Shown piece after piece: positions 38,801-50,518 of a stretch of 64,000 bases of DNA. The stretch lies in NCBI GenBank assembly GCA_904063045.1, contig CAJFCJ010000006.1, forward strand, positions 3,054,408-3,118,407, given 5' to 3'. How positions within the stretch are numbered: the first letter of the stretch is position 1; each line of letters opens with the position of its first letter. The notes under the pieces were generated by a model. That model had not been told where the DNA came from. It saw nothing but the letters and a program-made list of their open reading frames with translations, and made no database searches. This stretch comes from Dimorphilus gyrociliatus. Taxonomy: Eukaryota; Animalia; Annelida. The translations under genes and the position numbers were made by a program.

Positions 38801-40593
38801 AATTAACCACTCTTGGACATATTGATTGTTTGATTTATAAACAGTCTTTCCAGCTTTTCTATTAATTTGATCTTCTAAGATAGGAGGTGGTTTAGGCTGC
38901 CATTTAACAACTCGAACATTTCTTGCAGTATTATTTACAGCACCTAAGTCAAATAATATAGAAATATTTTAAAATTTATTTTTGAACCTATTTTAAAAGA
39001 ATTTTTTTTTTATCAAAAAAAAACAGATAGTTATTTTTTTCTTGATCACGCTTGATCATAGATTAGAATTTAAACAATTAATTGATAACATATAAATTAT
39101 ATGTGAATCACGTGATCGAAAAGAAAACAACAAAATAATTTTTGAAGTTTGGAAATAAATAAAAAAAAGGACAGTCTCTATATAAACAAAAGATTCTCTT
39201 AAAGATAACTTGAAAATGGAAGAGAATAGGTACTTTGAAGAAATAAATATAAGTAGAGGGTAGTTGTATAGAAATACCCGTTTTCTATTATAAAAAGATA
39301 GCTATTTATTTTTAGCTTACCCCCAATCATTGCTTCTGTTTAAATATTAAATTAAATTAACATAGTATTATTACATTAAACAATGTATAAACTTTTTGTT
39401 AAATAAGTTTTTTTTTAATATATGATAACGTTATTACAAAAATATTCTACGACTTGTTTTCAAAAACTTACCCTCTTCTTCCTTTTCTATTTGTTTTTTT
39501 GCTTTTCTCATTCCTGCTGGCAGTCTATAAAATGCTGCCGAAGATTCGTCGTCATAAGGATCGGTTTGTTTAAATTGCAATTTATGACGCTGGCGAACTT
39601 TGTCTAAGAACCTGTAAAAAAATTTTTCTAATCAGAAGATAGGTATTTGTTTGATCAAAGTTTACGTTTCGTTGTCCTTTTTCCAGACTCTTTTTTTTCT
39701 CCTTTCTTCCTTCTCTCTTTCTCGTTCTTCTTCGGAGTCACTCATCCTATCTGGAATAAGATCTAAATTCTCCTCATCAACTGGCCCATAAAGCTGCTCT
39801 AGTTTCTAAAATTATGACAAAATGTCATAAAAACGGGTAATTTGAATATATATACTGTAAAGAACGTAAATACCTGAATTAACTTATCTCTCTTCTCTCC
39901 TTCTTTCATATGTTTATGAACCATCCACCTAGCTGTGTCCTTGCTCATTATAGAGATTATATATTCTTCCCAGTCAGCATCTTCTTCTGATACACTCTCA
40001 GTAGACTTTAACGAAGATCTTCGGGATCTTTCAGATTTTCTTGTGATAAAAATCGGCTTTTTTATTTCCTTATGAGTTTCGACGTTTCTTTCGACCCGTT
40101 CTAAGATCTTCCTTCTAATGGGTTTGAGCGAATGAGGAACCCTTTTTTTAAAATGGCAATTTGCATGAGGTGGACCCTTATGTCTATTATTAAGTCTTCC
40201 GCTATAACCTCCAGGAATCTGATTGACAGGATTTTTTCTTTACTTCATTATATAAGTAGAATAAATGATAGAAATATATTTAGATAGTACCTTTGGCCTT
40301 GGTTTGATAATTTGGGAAGAATCGAGGGCTTCTTTTAGGTATTTAAAATCGTAGGGTAGGGCATCGAAACACCTTTCTCTAACAACGTTTTCCTCAAATT
40401 TGATTCCAGTGAATGAGAGGTCCCGGATTTGTTTACGAGCGGCAGAACTCGCCTCCAACATGTTCTCAGTTAAACTGGTGTAAGATTTTGTTTCTACAGC
40501 CTCAGGTGTAACTTCAGACCCAAATTGGGGCATGTTTACCTTTGGTGTTGTAGCATACATTAAAGGGACATTCGTTTTCAACGGTTGAAACAT
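35803..40593 (-). CDS. HEATR4: HEAT-repeat protein HEATR4-like, multi-exon with a 1.3-kb internal exon (37787 to about 36490)
   Basis: LGRTGHGKDVHDELR, MTAKLLPAF..CF.D, DPIWKVKALAIQA and LLWALRFESEPGIRAEACRS match recalled HEATR4. Assigning the 5' exons (38200-40593) to this gene rests on phase-compatible splice sites. Confidence 0.78.
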
Positions 40594-41203
40594 GACGAAT
40601 TAAATGATCCTCGTTAAAATATTTCTTGTTAACAACAAAACTAAAATACTGTAAGCTATTCAATTTTTTGGATTATCCACTTAACATAGAACAAATTCAC
40701 AATTAAAATTAATTTTTTTCTCGATTAATAGATAATTGTCATTATAAATTAGAAGTTTATAAAAGAAAATTCAAAATCACGCAATGTTTTCCCGCTGGTT
40801 GCCATGCCCCTTGATTGTTGACAATAGTGCCCTCTATTTATTAATGAAGGAAAATTTAGTCCTTAAAAGAATCTAGAGTACTACGAAAATAGAAGCTTTT
40901 CTTAAGAACAAATAAGATACAGCCTTTAGAAAGCAAATAATTTTTCGTATCATTTTCGATACGTTATTTCCAGGGTGTCGCTTAAGGATAAATTTTATGA
41001 AAAATCTTTTACAATTGTACAAAATCCAAGTAATGGTTTAAGTTAGTAATAACAATAATTTCATGGATAGTATATTAAAGGCAATGATGACTTATTTCCT
41101 GCTTTTCGTTCGTCTAATAAGTATATGTATTAAAAGTGATAATAATAAATTTTCTACCTAACATTAAGAACACTTGTTACAAATTAAGTAGAACTATCAT
41201 ATT

Positions 41204-41389
41204 TCAACTTTCATTTTTTGCTAGATGTTCGAAGTTTTCTCGAAAATTTAGGTTAACAACTCCCCAGTTGACAGATTTCTTTGTACTTAAACGAGTTCTT
41301 GGACTAACAACAATAAGTCTAGGTTCTACTTTCTTACCTACAAAAGAATTAAGGTCTTTCAAACCTATTTTGAGAAATGTATTATCCAT
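41204..41389 (-). CDS. Possible small 61-aa hypothetical protein between ELOB and HEATR4
   Basis: ATG-initiated ORF preceded by an acceptor-like TTTTCAG; lies 3' of the likely ELOB AATAAA (about 41550); contains KKSVNW. No family recognised. Confidence 0.3.
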   Translation of the reverse strand: MDNTFLKIGLKDLNSFVGKKVEPRLIVVSPRTRLSTKKSVNWGVVNLNFRENFEHLAKNES

Positions 41390-41613
41390 GATGAGATCGA
41401 AGGTCTAAGAAGTATCCCTATTGTTCTGAAAATATTTAGTCAGTTTGTCGCACATTGTTTTCGTTTGACATTAACCTATTAACCGTGTTTGCTATCCTAA
41501 ATAAATATCTAACGTTAAAAATACGTTAATTACACCATGCATAACATAAGTTTATTTTGAAGTATCAAAACTAATGGTGTATACTTGCTATTTATTTAAT
41601 ACAGACATAATTG

Positions 41614-42217
41614 TCATTTTTTCACACTATTGTGTTTTTTCATAACATCCGGCAGTTCGGGTGGTGAACTGTATTCTTTAACGTTCATATTCTCAAATCC
41701 GCCGTCATCCATTCGGAAAGTAACACCCAACTGCGCTGGTGACTGGGCTCTTGCAACATTCGCTGTTAAACCGCATTCGGCCAAGGATCTCTCATTTTCT
41801 AAACATTCTTCAATAGAATCTTTAGCTAAGTTATACAATTGCATATCATCAGCACTCTTTCCCATTATTCCAGATATCAGTAATTTCAAATCGTAAATTG
41901 TATTAGATTCTTTAACATCCAAAAATATACTCTTATTTTGCCATCGAATAACAAAAAAGACATCCTTTAAAAGAAATAAAACTATTAAAACAAATTTGTT
42001 TATATAGCAAGGCATTAAATGCAAAATATTAACTTTATAGGCGTTAATCTTTGATTATTACAAATTTAGTTAAGAATATAAGTTTTGGCGGGAGAAGGCT
42101 TATAATTTTAGAAAACTATTCAAGTCAGAAGGTCTAGTTGGATAGTTTCTTTAGTCAAAAGACTAAAAACTATTCTAAATAATTTCTAAGATGAAGTTAA
42201 AGCAATACACTGACCAT
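41614..42217 (-). CDS. ELOB: Elongin B, 117 aa; ATG-only exon 42217-42215 plus exon 41964-41614
   Basis: MDVFFVIRWQNKSIFLDVKES..., LAECGLT...ARAQSPAQLG, YSSPPELPDVMK. ETS-like CACTTCCGG upstream at about 42283. Confidence 0.93.
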
Positions 42218-43094
42218 TCTTAGCTTCAAGAATTCCCGTAAAGTTTATTTTAATTCTAAAGCACGCTGGAAAAGTTGAGATCACTTCCGGCTTCTATCTA
42301 TTTTCGTAAATTGTAGTAATATTTCAAATAACTACTTACGACAAGTTAGGAAATTGTTTTTGTAAAACACAGGATATTCATCGATCTATAGTAACAATCA
42401 AAATTTATTTTTTCCTGATCGATTTAAATAATAAGGGGAATATACCAACTATATTCCATGTTACGAACATTTTGTGGGAAAATGTTTTTTTTTTAAAAAA
42501 AAATATTCATCTAATCTTTATAAATTTTTATATAAATTTATAAGACGATGATAATAATAGCAAATCTTTAAAGCAGTTTTTTTTAAAAAGGAAATATAGC
42601 CTAAAAGATCATATTAACAATTTGAATTATTATGTGTTAAAGCTAATTTTTACGACTCCCATTTATAAATTTTTATAGATGATATTTTATTTTTTAAATG
42701 AGATTATTGCTGTTATGTAAGATTATGTAACTTTAAAAGATATTCTTAGCGTATATATAATAAAATTGTTACTTTATCAATAAATAAATATCATATCATT
42801 ATTATTATTATTATTATAGTTATTGAAATATACTTGTAAATTTATATTCTCATCTTATAAAGAAACATAAAATCTGATAAATATTATCTAATACAGTTCT
42901 AGTTAAAGTTCTATTTGAATTGTATGAAAGAGAAGATTTTGAATATGGTGTGTAGTAGTTTAGAAGAGATATATACTTTATATGGAAATAATAGATGTCT
43001 ATGGTAAAGACAAAAAGCATTAGAATAGTATAGAATAGATCTATGTCAAACTACTAGTTAGACTACTATAAGTATCTTCCCGTTAAGATTTGTA

Positions 43095-43131
43095 CTCTCT
43101 CTGTCTCTCTCTCTCTCTCTGTCTGTCTCTC
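43095..43131. repeat. Imperfect (CT)n microsatellite
   Basis: CTCTCTCTGTCTCTCTCTCTCTCTCTGTCTGTCTCTC upstream of HDHD5. Confidence 0.85.
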
Positions 43132-43834
43132 CAACATCGTCTCTATTTTCTTATATAACAACAAAAACAACCTTTATTTAGAGAAAAATAATTAATTAAT
43201 ATAGTGGGCGTTATGTCCGATAATGAAAAAATTATCATTTCGTAATAAATATGTAAATGATGCTTTCATCTAAAAAATATTTATCATTTTTACTAGGTTC
43301 ACATGAGAAACTATCTAATTTTTACTTTTCTTATCTAAAATCATTAAATTCTTAACAAAGACCGAAGAAAAAGTATAAGCACTAAGGCAAGGTTAAAAAT
43401 TTATATATATACAGTATATATGTATTTAAAGGGATTAAGGATCATTCAGATGTGCACTTTACCTAAGCAAAAAAATTATTAATATCATCTATTTAATCGG
43501 AGGTCAAAAAGTTATCTCAAAACATTTATCCAATTCAAGGGTATTGATATCTGTGAATGCCTGGAGGTCAAAAGTTAATTTATGTAGATGTGCCAAATCA
43601 TGCCTCTTTCTATTGATAAGATTAAAGGAAATCACAAGGAAAGCACGCATTGATCAGCGATAGGTGGTTATTGTTAATAAGTTTCAAATACAGATAGAAC
43701 CTACCTTGTTACATGAATTGAGTCTAAACGTTTATTCCGCAAAATTGTGTACGTATTCAACTAGATAACGTTAAACCTAAATACTAAGATTACCTGAGGA
43801 AAAGATTAATTAATTTTCAGACGTTACCATCACT

Positions 43835-46800
43835 ATGGGAGTTGCAGATACAGCACCTTTAAATAATATCCAAGAGGAATCCAATTCGGCGACTACAAAG
43901 GTAAGATATCGTTTATAGATTTATTTTTAGGGTGAAATTATCTTAAAGTATAAATATTTAACCTATTTGTATAAAGTGTTGATAACTCATTAAACTTTAC
44001 CCATTCGTTGTAAATACTTACTTTTTAAGGTTGCATCTGTATAGAATATATAATGCATATATTGTCAACAAATATCGTTAATCTTAAATCCCTTTTAAAA
44101 GAAGACAACTCTTTTTTCGTCATCTTCCTAATTTTCTATTTAAGATGTGTAACAAGGAATATAATAAACATACTCTCTGTATTTATAATAATAAAAAAAA
44201 ATAAACTACTTGAACGAATTTATAGTATTATAGATTTTGATAGATTTTAATAAAATGTTTATTAAAGCGCCACCTACGAAATTTTAACTACCTAATTGTA
44301 GAAATATGTTATTATTTTTTTTTTAAAGAAAATACTTTCCATATATAAAGACTATTGGGTTCAATGCCTTCTATTGTAACACTAAACTTTGATTAATATT
44401 GAAAAAACTGGCGATGCAAACTCGATTAAAAACTAGGGCAAACCACGTAAACAGAATCCTTGTTCTATTTGAAACAAAAAGTAAAAAAAGAAAGCATTTT
44501 AATAGAAATTTTAGAGAATTCATTAATTTCTTATAATAGTTAAATAAAGTATGAAATAGATTGAAAAATTTAAAAAGAAGGAAAAATTATACAACAAAGG
44601 TTTTAATAGAAAACAGATATTATTGTTTATATTGTTTGTTTTCACTTTTTTCTTGTGGGAAAATACTCTCTTATATAATGAAGACTGTGTAAAATTATAA
44701 TAAAAACTTTTTGTAGAAAAGATGCTTCTTTTATACAAAGAATACGAAAAAAAGAGAGAGATTACTAATAGATAAAGACTGACGTGAACATTATATATAT
44801 GCTTTTTCTTCTTTGTCCTTTCCTTACAAACAAATCTTAACCAACTACTATTACTGATAGTAAGTACATCCACTATCTTATATATTTAACATACATTTTA
44901 CTATAGAATTGTAAACATTTTGAAGTTTAATGAACTTGTTTTTTTCAAACGCAAAAGTTCTTTCAGTTCGAACGTCACATTTTCAAATTTTTTCACTATG
45001 TGTTTATTATATTGTCGATTAGTGACTGTTCTGATTTGACTCCTTATCGCAAATCAGAGTGTTTATTGATAGCAAAATTTTCTATCTATCACACATATAC
45101 ACAGTGTAAAATATCTAAAAAGTTGATATAAGATGAATGCATAAAAAAGTTGATTATTGTAGCAGACATTTATAAATATATTGTATAAAATTTAAATAGT
45201 TTAATGCAAAAAAATCGATATTCCTTGCTACTTTTACTTTGAAATAAGACATATAAGTTTGTAATGATAAGGCGATCTTGAAAAGGTCACCTAGACCGGT
45301 TTATTGTCCTGTTTACACCAAAATCTAGCAGCTATATAAATAGGAGCGCCCGTTATAGTAAATTCAGAATAGCATCGAAAGCTAAACATGTCGCACAACG
45401 ACTTATACAGGATGGTTGAAAAAACTTGCATCAATGTTCCTTCTTCAGCTTTGCAAAGGAAGAAAAGCAAAGATTGCTTGAATAATTTACTGAAAAAGAA
45501 GGAGGTTTTTATGATTCTTTCCTTCTCTTTTTTTATTGTTTTTATTTATTTATTTACTTTTTTTTATTACAATTTTTATCTTTGAATTACTTGCATTATT
45601 ATTCTTTCGGTTTTAATGTTACTTCTATTATATTCATTCTAATATCATAGTTATAACTCTTATTTTAACAGCCGCAATTTGGTATCATTTTTGACGTTGA
45701 TGGAGTTCTGGCAAGAGGAACTTTAGCCATACCGAGAGCAATCGAGGGTATGAAATTACTACAAGATGACAAAGGCCATTCAAGAGTTCCAATGTGTTTT
45801 GTAACAAATGCATTAAATAGAGATGAAGATAAGGCTAAACAAATTTCTGGATGGTTTAATATGCCAGTAAATATATTATTTTCTAAAAATATTACCAAAA
45901 TAATAAACTTATTAATAATGTTGTTTGTTAACAATCTTAGGTTGCAAAAGAGCAATTAGTTCAAGCTCCAGGCCCATTACGAATGTTTACGAAACTTCAC
46001 AACAAATTCTGCCTGGTTATTGGTCAAGGAAGAGTAAAAGAAATTGCTAGAGAGTATCCTTTTTTATTCATCTAAAATCATCTAAAAATTGTTTTTCCTA
46101 ATAAGGATTTACAACAAGACAAACTAACAAACCGAGTCATTTTTTTTTCAATTCCCCTCTCTTTTTTGATAATTGACACATATATTTTAAATAAGTACTT
46201 TTTTTTTATATAAATTTTATAAGTACTCATCAATTTGATAAGTTATCTAATCATATTGCGTAATATATTATTTATAAAAACTTTTTATAGTTAAAAAAGA
46301 TTTTAAGTTTGTAAACTTTGACATTCTTTTAGATTCGTCATTACTTTATAGTTGAGTACAGAAACTAATACGTAAACACAAAACTGAAAATAGGATATTT
46401 AGTAATTAGTTGACTATTAACTAAATATAATCCATTTTTAGATAAATATATATAGTACATACGAAATTATCTATTATACTTAATTTCTTCATTATAGAAT
46501 ATTACGGTCATTGCCTCTTGTTTATCCCACTAAAGCTGTAACCTTGTACTTTACAGTTGTTTTCATTGACCGAGGTCATCAGATTAGATCTTTCACTCAT
46601 TATAACTTTTTTTTTTAATTCTCTTATCAGTTTCTTCTATAATAGCTTTACTATTTTTCATATCTCAATTATATTTCAAACCCAATTTTTAGAGATTAGA
46701 AATAATATTTCCTTGACCATTAACCTTTCCTCTATAGCTTAGGATTTAAGAAGTTCTGCACTTTAGACCAAGTATCCGATGCATATCCGCTATTGGATAT

Positions 46801-47671
46801 GGTGGATCATGGAAATAGGAAAAAAATTGCTGAATTTGGCTACGAGGAAAAAGGGATGAATCGTGTTGAAGGTTAATAAAATAAATGAAATTATAACAAT
46901 TTTTAATATGCTTAATACTATTTTTTTCTGTTCCATTTAGCCATTATTCTGCTAGGCGAACCCAAAAATTGGTCATGTGCCCTTCAATTAATAATTGATT
47001 TGCTAAGATCATCGGGAAAACCCGATCAAGCACCCGAAGAACCTCCAGAACGACATATACCCGTAATAGCTTGTAATATGGATTTACAATTTATGGATAG
47101 AGCTACAATTCCTCGTTTTGGTCATGGTGCTTTCCTCCTTTGTCTTGAGGCTTTATACAAGAAGATAACTGGCTACGACCTTCAATATACTGCCTTGGTT
47201 GGTAAACCTTCTGAGACCACCTTCCGCTACGCTGAACATTGCTTGACCATCCATGCTAAAAAATTAGGCTTTACAGAGCCACTGAAAACTATCTATGTTG
47301 TTGGAGATACTCCCGACAGCGATATTGTAGGAGCCAACTTATATCAGAGATACGTGAGGAGGATGGAAGAGAGACGAAAAAATAAAGCTGATCCAAGTGC
47401 TGACCCCTCTTATGACCCAGAATTGCCGCAATGTCGCAATGTTCCGGCTGACGCTCATTTGCACCCTCAGAGCGTTGATAACGTTGTACCGTTGCTTGTC
47501 TGCACTGGGGTTTTTAAACCAGGTGAAAATAAGTATAGAGAGAACGAAGAAAAGTTCTATCATGGACATAGAGACTTTGCTCCAAATCCTGCTCTCTACA
47601 AACCAACTAGGACACAGAATGACGTATGCAACGCTATTGAATATGTTTTGGAGAAAGAAGGTATCGCTTAA
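43835..47671 (+). CDS. HDHD5: HDHD5/CECR5 HAD-IIA hydrolase. Alternative first coding exons 43835-43900 or 45388-45504; shared exons 45672-45866, 45941-46053, 46738 to about 46871, about 46941-47671
   Basis: HAD motif I FDVDGVL, FVTNA, IILLGEP..W...LQLIIDLL, ACNMDL, RFGHGAF..CLE, GKPSETTF, motif IV VGDTPDSDIVGAN, LVCTGVF. Confidence 0.92.
46054..46737 (+). other. U12-type (minor spliceosome) GT-AG intron in HDHD5
   Basis: Donor GTATCCTTT; branch point TTTCCTTGAC at 46708-46717, 20 nt before the AG. Splicing restores ...EIARDLGFKK in frame. Confidence 0.85.
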
Positions 47672-48041
47672 AGGATCCTCTATGGGCATAAAGTGATGTT
47701 ACTCTCCTACATTTCTTCTCTCTCCTTAAACTTATATGTATAAACAGTATAAACGTTATATATATTATACGATATTGACGTATAATACGCATATCTGGCT
47801 ATATTAGTTAAGAAGTATGTTCTCTCGTCCTATTTAACCTCACCCAATTTGAGATTACATAAGAACTAAATCATTACTCTACTACCTCTTTATTCAGATA
47901 ATATAGCGGAAAGAAAATTGAAAATGTTTTAGGGTATTATTGTACTTAATAAGTAATATCCGGTAAGTACAGCGCCATCTAGTAATCATTCAGAATAGTC
48001 ACTAACTGTATACGGTAACAAGCGTAAAGTGTCATTTATGC

Positions 48042-48398
48042 ATGGGGTGCGGTTCCACTCGCATCCACACCACGCCTGTCTCTAATGGAAGACAGCATTC
48101 CTACATCGACTTTCCACTGGTAAGGCGGTCTAGAACTCAATTCTCTCATTTGTCAGCGTCCATTCAAAATGACGAAGAGAGTGTCAAGATAATTATGAGT
48201 CCAGATTGTTCGACTATACAAATTGAAATGGTCTCATTCGGTTTAGACGGGACAGCGGAAGCCAACAACGACGGCAATGAGAATGGAACCTCTAATGACA
48301 CACTTCAACCTTGTAGCGCTAAAAAAGATTCAACCAAGAAGCCTCGGAGCGTACAAAGCGAAAAGAAGCGAAAATCATCTTTTGGTGAACTGATTTAG
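48042..48398 (+). CDS. Orphan 118-aa protein with an N-myristoylation/palmitoylation start (MGCGST)
   Basis: GC-richer than its flanks with an uninterrupted ORF; MGCxxS/T lipidation motif; basic C-terminal KKRKSS. A donor-like GTGAAC near 48385 means it could be only a first exon. Confidence 0.65.
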   Translation: MGCGSTRIHTTPVSNGRQHSYIDFPLVRRSRTQFSHLSASIQNDEESVKIIMSPDCSTIQIEMVSFGLDGTAEANNDGNENGTSNDTLQPCSAKKDSTKKPRSVQSEKKRKSSFGELI

Positions 48399-49332
48399 TA
48401 AACGGGGAACACTTAAGAAGAAAAGATGGATAAAATTACGGAATAAATACAATAGCCCGTAGCGACCAGGCCCTAGATCCAGGAGGTATCTTCATACTTC
48501 AACTTTTTTTTATTCGTTGTTCCAAGAAAAGAGAAAGACGCTAGAGGGCGTTCATACAAGAATTAGTGCTATTAATCATTTAATTATTAAACGTTTCCTT
48601 ATAATAAAAAAAAGAATACATTTAGTTAAAACCTTAAAGAGCGAATTAGTTAACAAAAAGTGAATTGAAATAGTTCGCATAAACGATCGCTTAGCGTTGT
48701 TTGTTTATTTATTCTGGTCTATAAATCATACATTTAACAACTTCAGCTATTGTTCTATTAAAGACCATAGGAGGAAAATACAATATCTACCTATATACAT
48801 ATATAAAATAAAGAAGAAAGAAGAGAAATCCTTTGGGGGTGGCTAAAATCAATAATATTTTTTCTACATAATAAATTTTATATAGGTTTTATCATGATAA
48901 TTTAAGATTAGGTATAATTTTAGAGTTCATTTAAAAGACTACGTGTAAGCTAGGAGGGAATACTGTGGGAAAGGTTGAAAAGAAAACAAAAGTAAAGAAA
49001 GAGAGAAGATAGAGGAGGGATTAAACGAGATGTTATAAGTGTAAAAATGACAATCTATTTATAAAATCTTAACATTGAGCTATTTGCTTTTAAAGTATAA
49101 AGAAAATAACAAAATATCCCAACTATAGTGTTTTTCTTTTTATTAGGAAAAATCACTTCTTTTCATTTTGAAGAAAAATGCATTATGAGACAGTCCTCTT
49201 CAATAGTGACTATTCTCTTCTAATGACGTCTAATATAAGCAATTTCTCTCTATTCCTTCTAATCTATAATCAGTTTATTTTATTTTTCCCTTTTAAATAT
49301 TTATGCTAAATTTGGTTCTTCCTCTTACTAGA

Positions 49333-49485
49333 TAAGGTTTAACGGGGCGTAGTATAGAGCTCGTTCTCATTGGAAACGTTAGACACCAGTAAAGAGACGC
49401 TATCAATCAACACTCAACTAGATGGTTTACTCTGGCGACTGTGATAGCACTTTCGTCTGGAGACGCCCCAAGGACGTTAAATCTT
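49333..49485 (+). repeat. 153-nt GC-richer element with terminal inverted repeats (structured RNA or MITE remnant)
   Basis: 49333-49344 pairs with 49474-49485 (12 bp, one G-U); 49345-49350 pairs with 49463-49468; internal arms CCAG/CTGG, AAAG/CTTT and GCTATCA/TGATAGC. TA at both ends. Confidence 0.5.
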
Positions 49486-50478
49486 AACAGAAAGTATTTT
49501 GTCCAGTTAAATGTTTACATTACACTGAGGGGAATAATTAAATCCTTTAAAAAGTTCACATTCTTATCCATTTCACTTTTAAAATACAATATTATTCATT
49601 AACCTATTCAAATTAATGAATTATTTTCAATCATTAAAAGGTTGTCTTTGTAAATTATTTTAAAAGCCTCTTCACTCCTCTCTTCACTACTTTTTTTCTC
49701 AATTTTTTTTTTAAAAAAAAAGGCCAAATAAAAGATAGAAGTTTTTATTCATTAAAACACCATTCTTCACTCGATCCACTCATTCCCTTTTTGTCACTCT
49801 ATCACTTCTCCCTTAGGAATTCGGATTGTTGTAGAATATTAGCGCCCTGATTGGATACTTTCAATCGAAACAAGAGATTAGTAAAACGTTGTATATTGTT
49901 TAATGTAATTTAAAGGATTATAGGCATATTTTATATAAACATATCAAAGATTACATTCATTAGCATTATTAAAGATACCAATAAAACTTAAAAGTTTTTA
50001 GTGACGCCTTTACAAAAACAATTGCAATAGAAAATTTATTATTCTTTAACACAATCTAAATTTATTTTTTTGATACGCCCCATTAACAAGCTATGATTTA
50101 TTATGTAATCTATGCTCCAATTGCAGACTATTTATCAGTTAAAAAGTGCATTATCTTAATACGTTGGATAATTAAAAAAAAAATCGGTCACAGTAGCATA
50201 TAACCTTATGAAAAAAATTACTTCTTGATAAAATAAAAAGATAACATTTTATAAATCTACAACGTTCTATTATGTGATATACAGTATATACATATATACG
50301 TCTACAACTGATATAATAGGATTAAGTCTGTATGTCTTTAAAGATTACACATTAATAGAAATTTTCTAATTCACAGTAAAATCAAAGGTTTAATTAAGCC
50401 AAATTCTGAAAGAAAACCATATACGTATATAAAATATGATATTTAATTACTCAGTAGCAGATGGGTTATAACTTAAGC

Positions 50479-50485
50479 TATAAAA
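50479..50485 (+). promoter_or_regulatory. TATA box of the peptide-precursor gene
   Basis: TATAAAA about 30 nt upstream of an Inr-like TCAG (50511) and 40 nt upstream of ATG 50519. Confidence 0.65.
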
Positions 50486-50518
50486 GGAGGCGTAAGAAAC
50501 GCTGTACAATTCAGAATC

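Noticed and set aside
44053-44873. AT-rich ORFs 44053-44250 and 44523-44873
   Set aside because: Intronic or promoter sequence of HDHD5 with the biased composition typical of chance ORFs.
49344-49495. HDV-like or hammerhead ribozyme reading of the structured element
   Set aside because: I could not build P2/P3 pairing for HDV, and there is no CUGAUGA core for a hammerhead.
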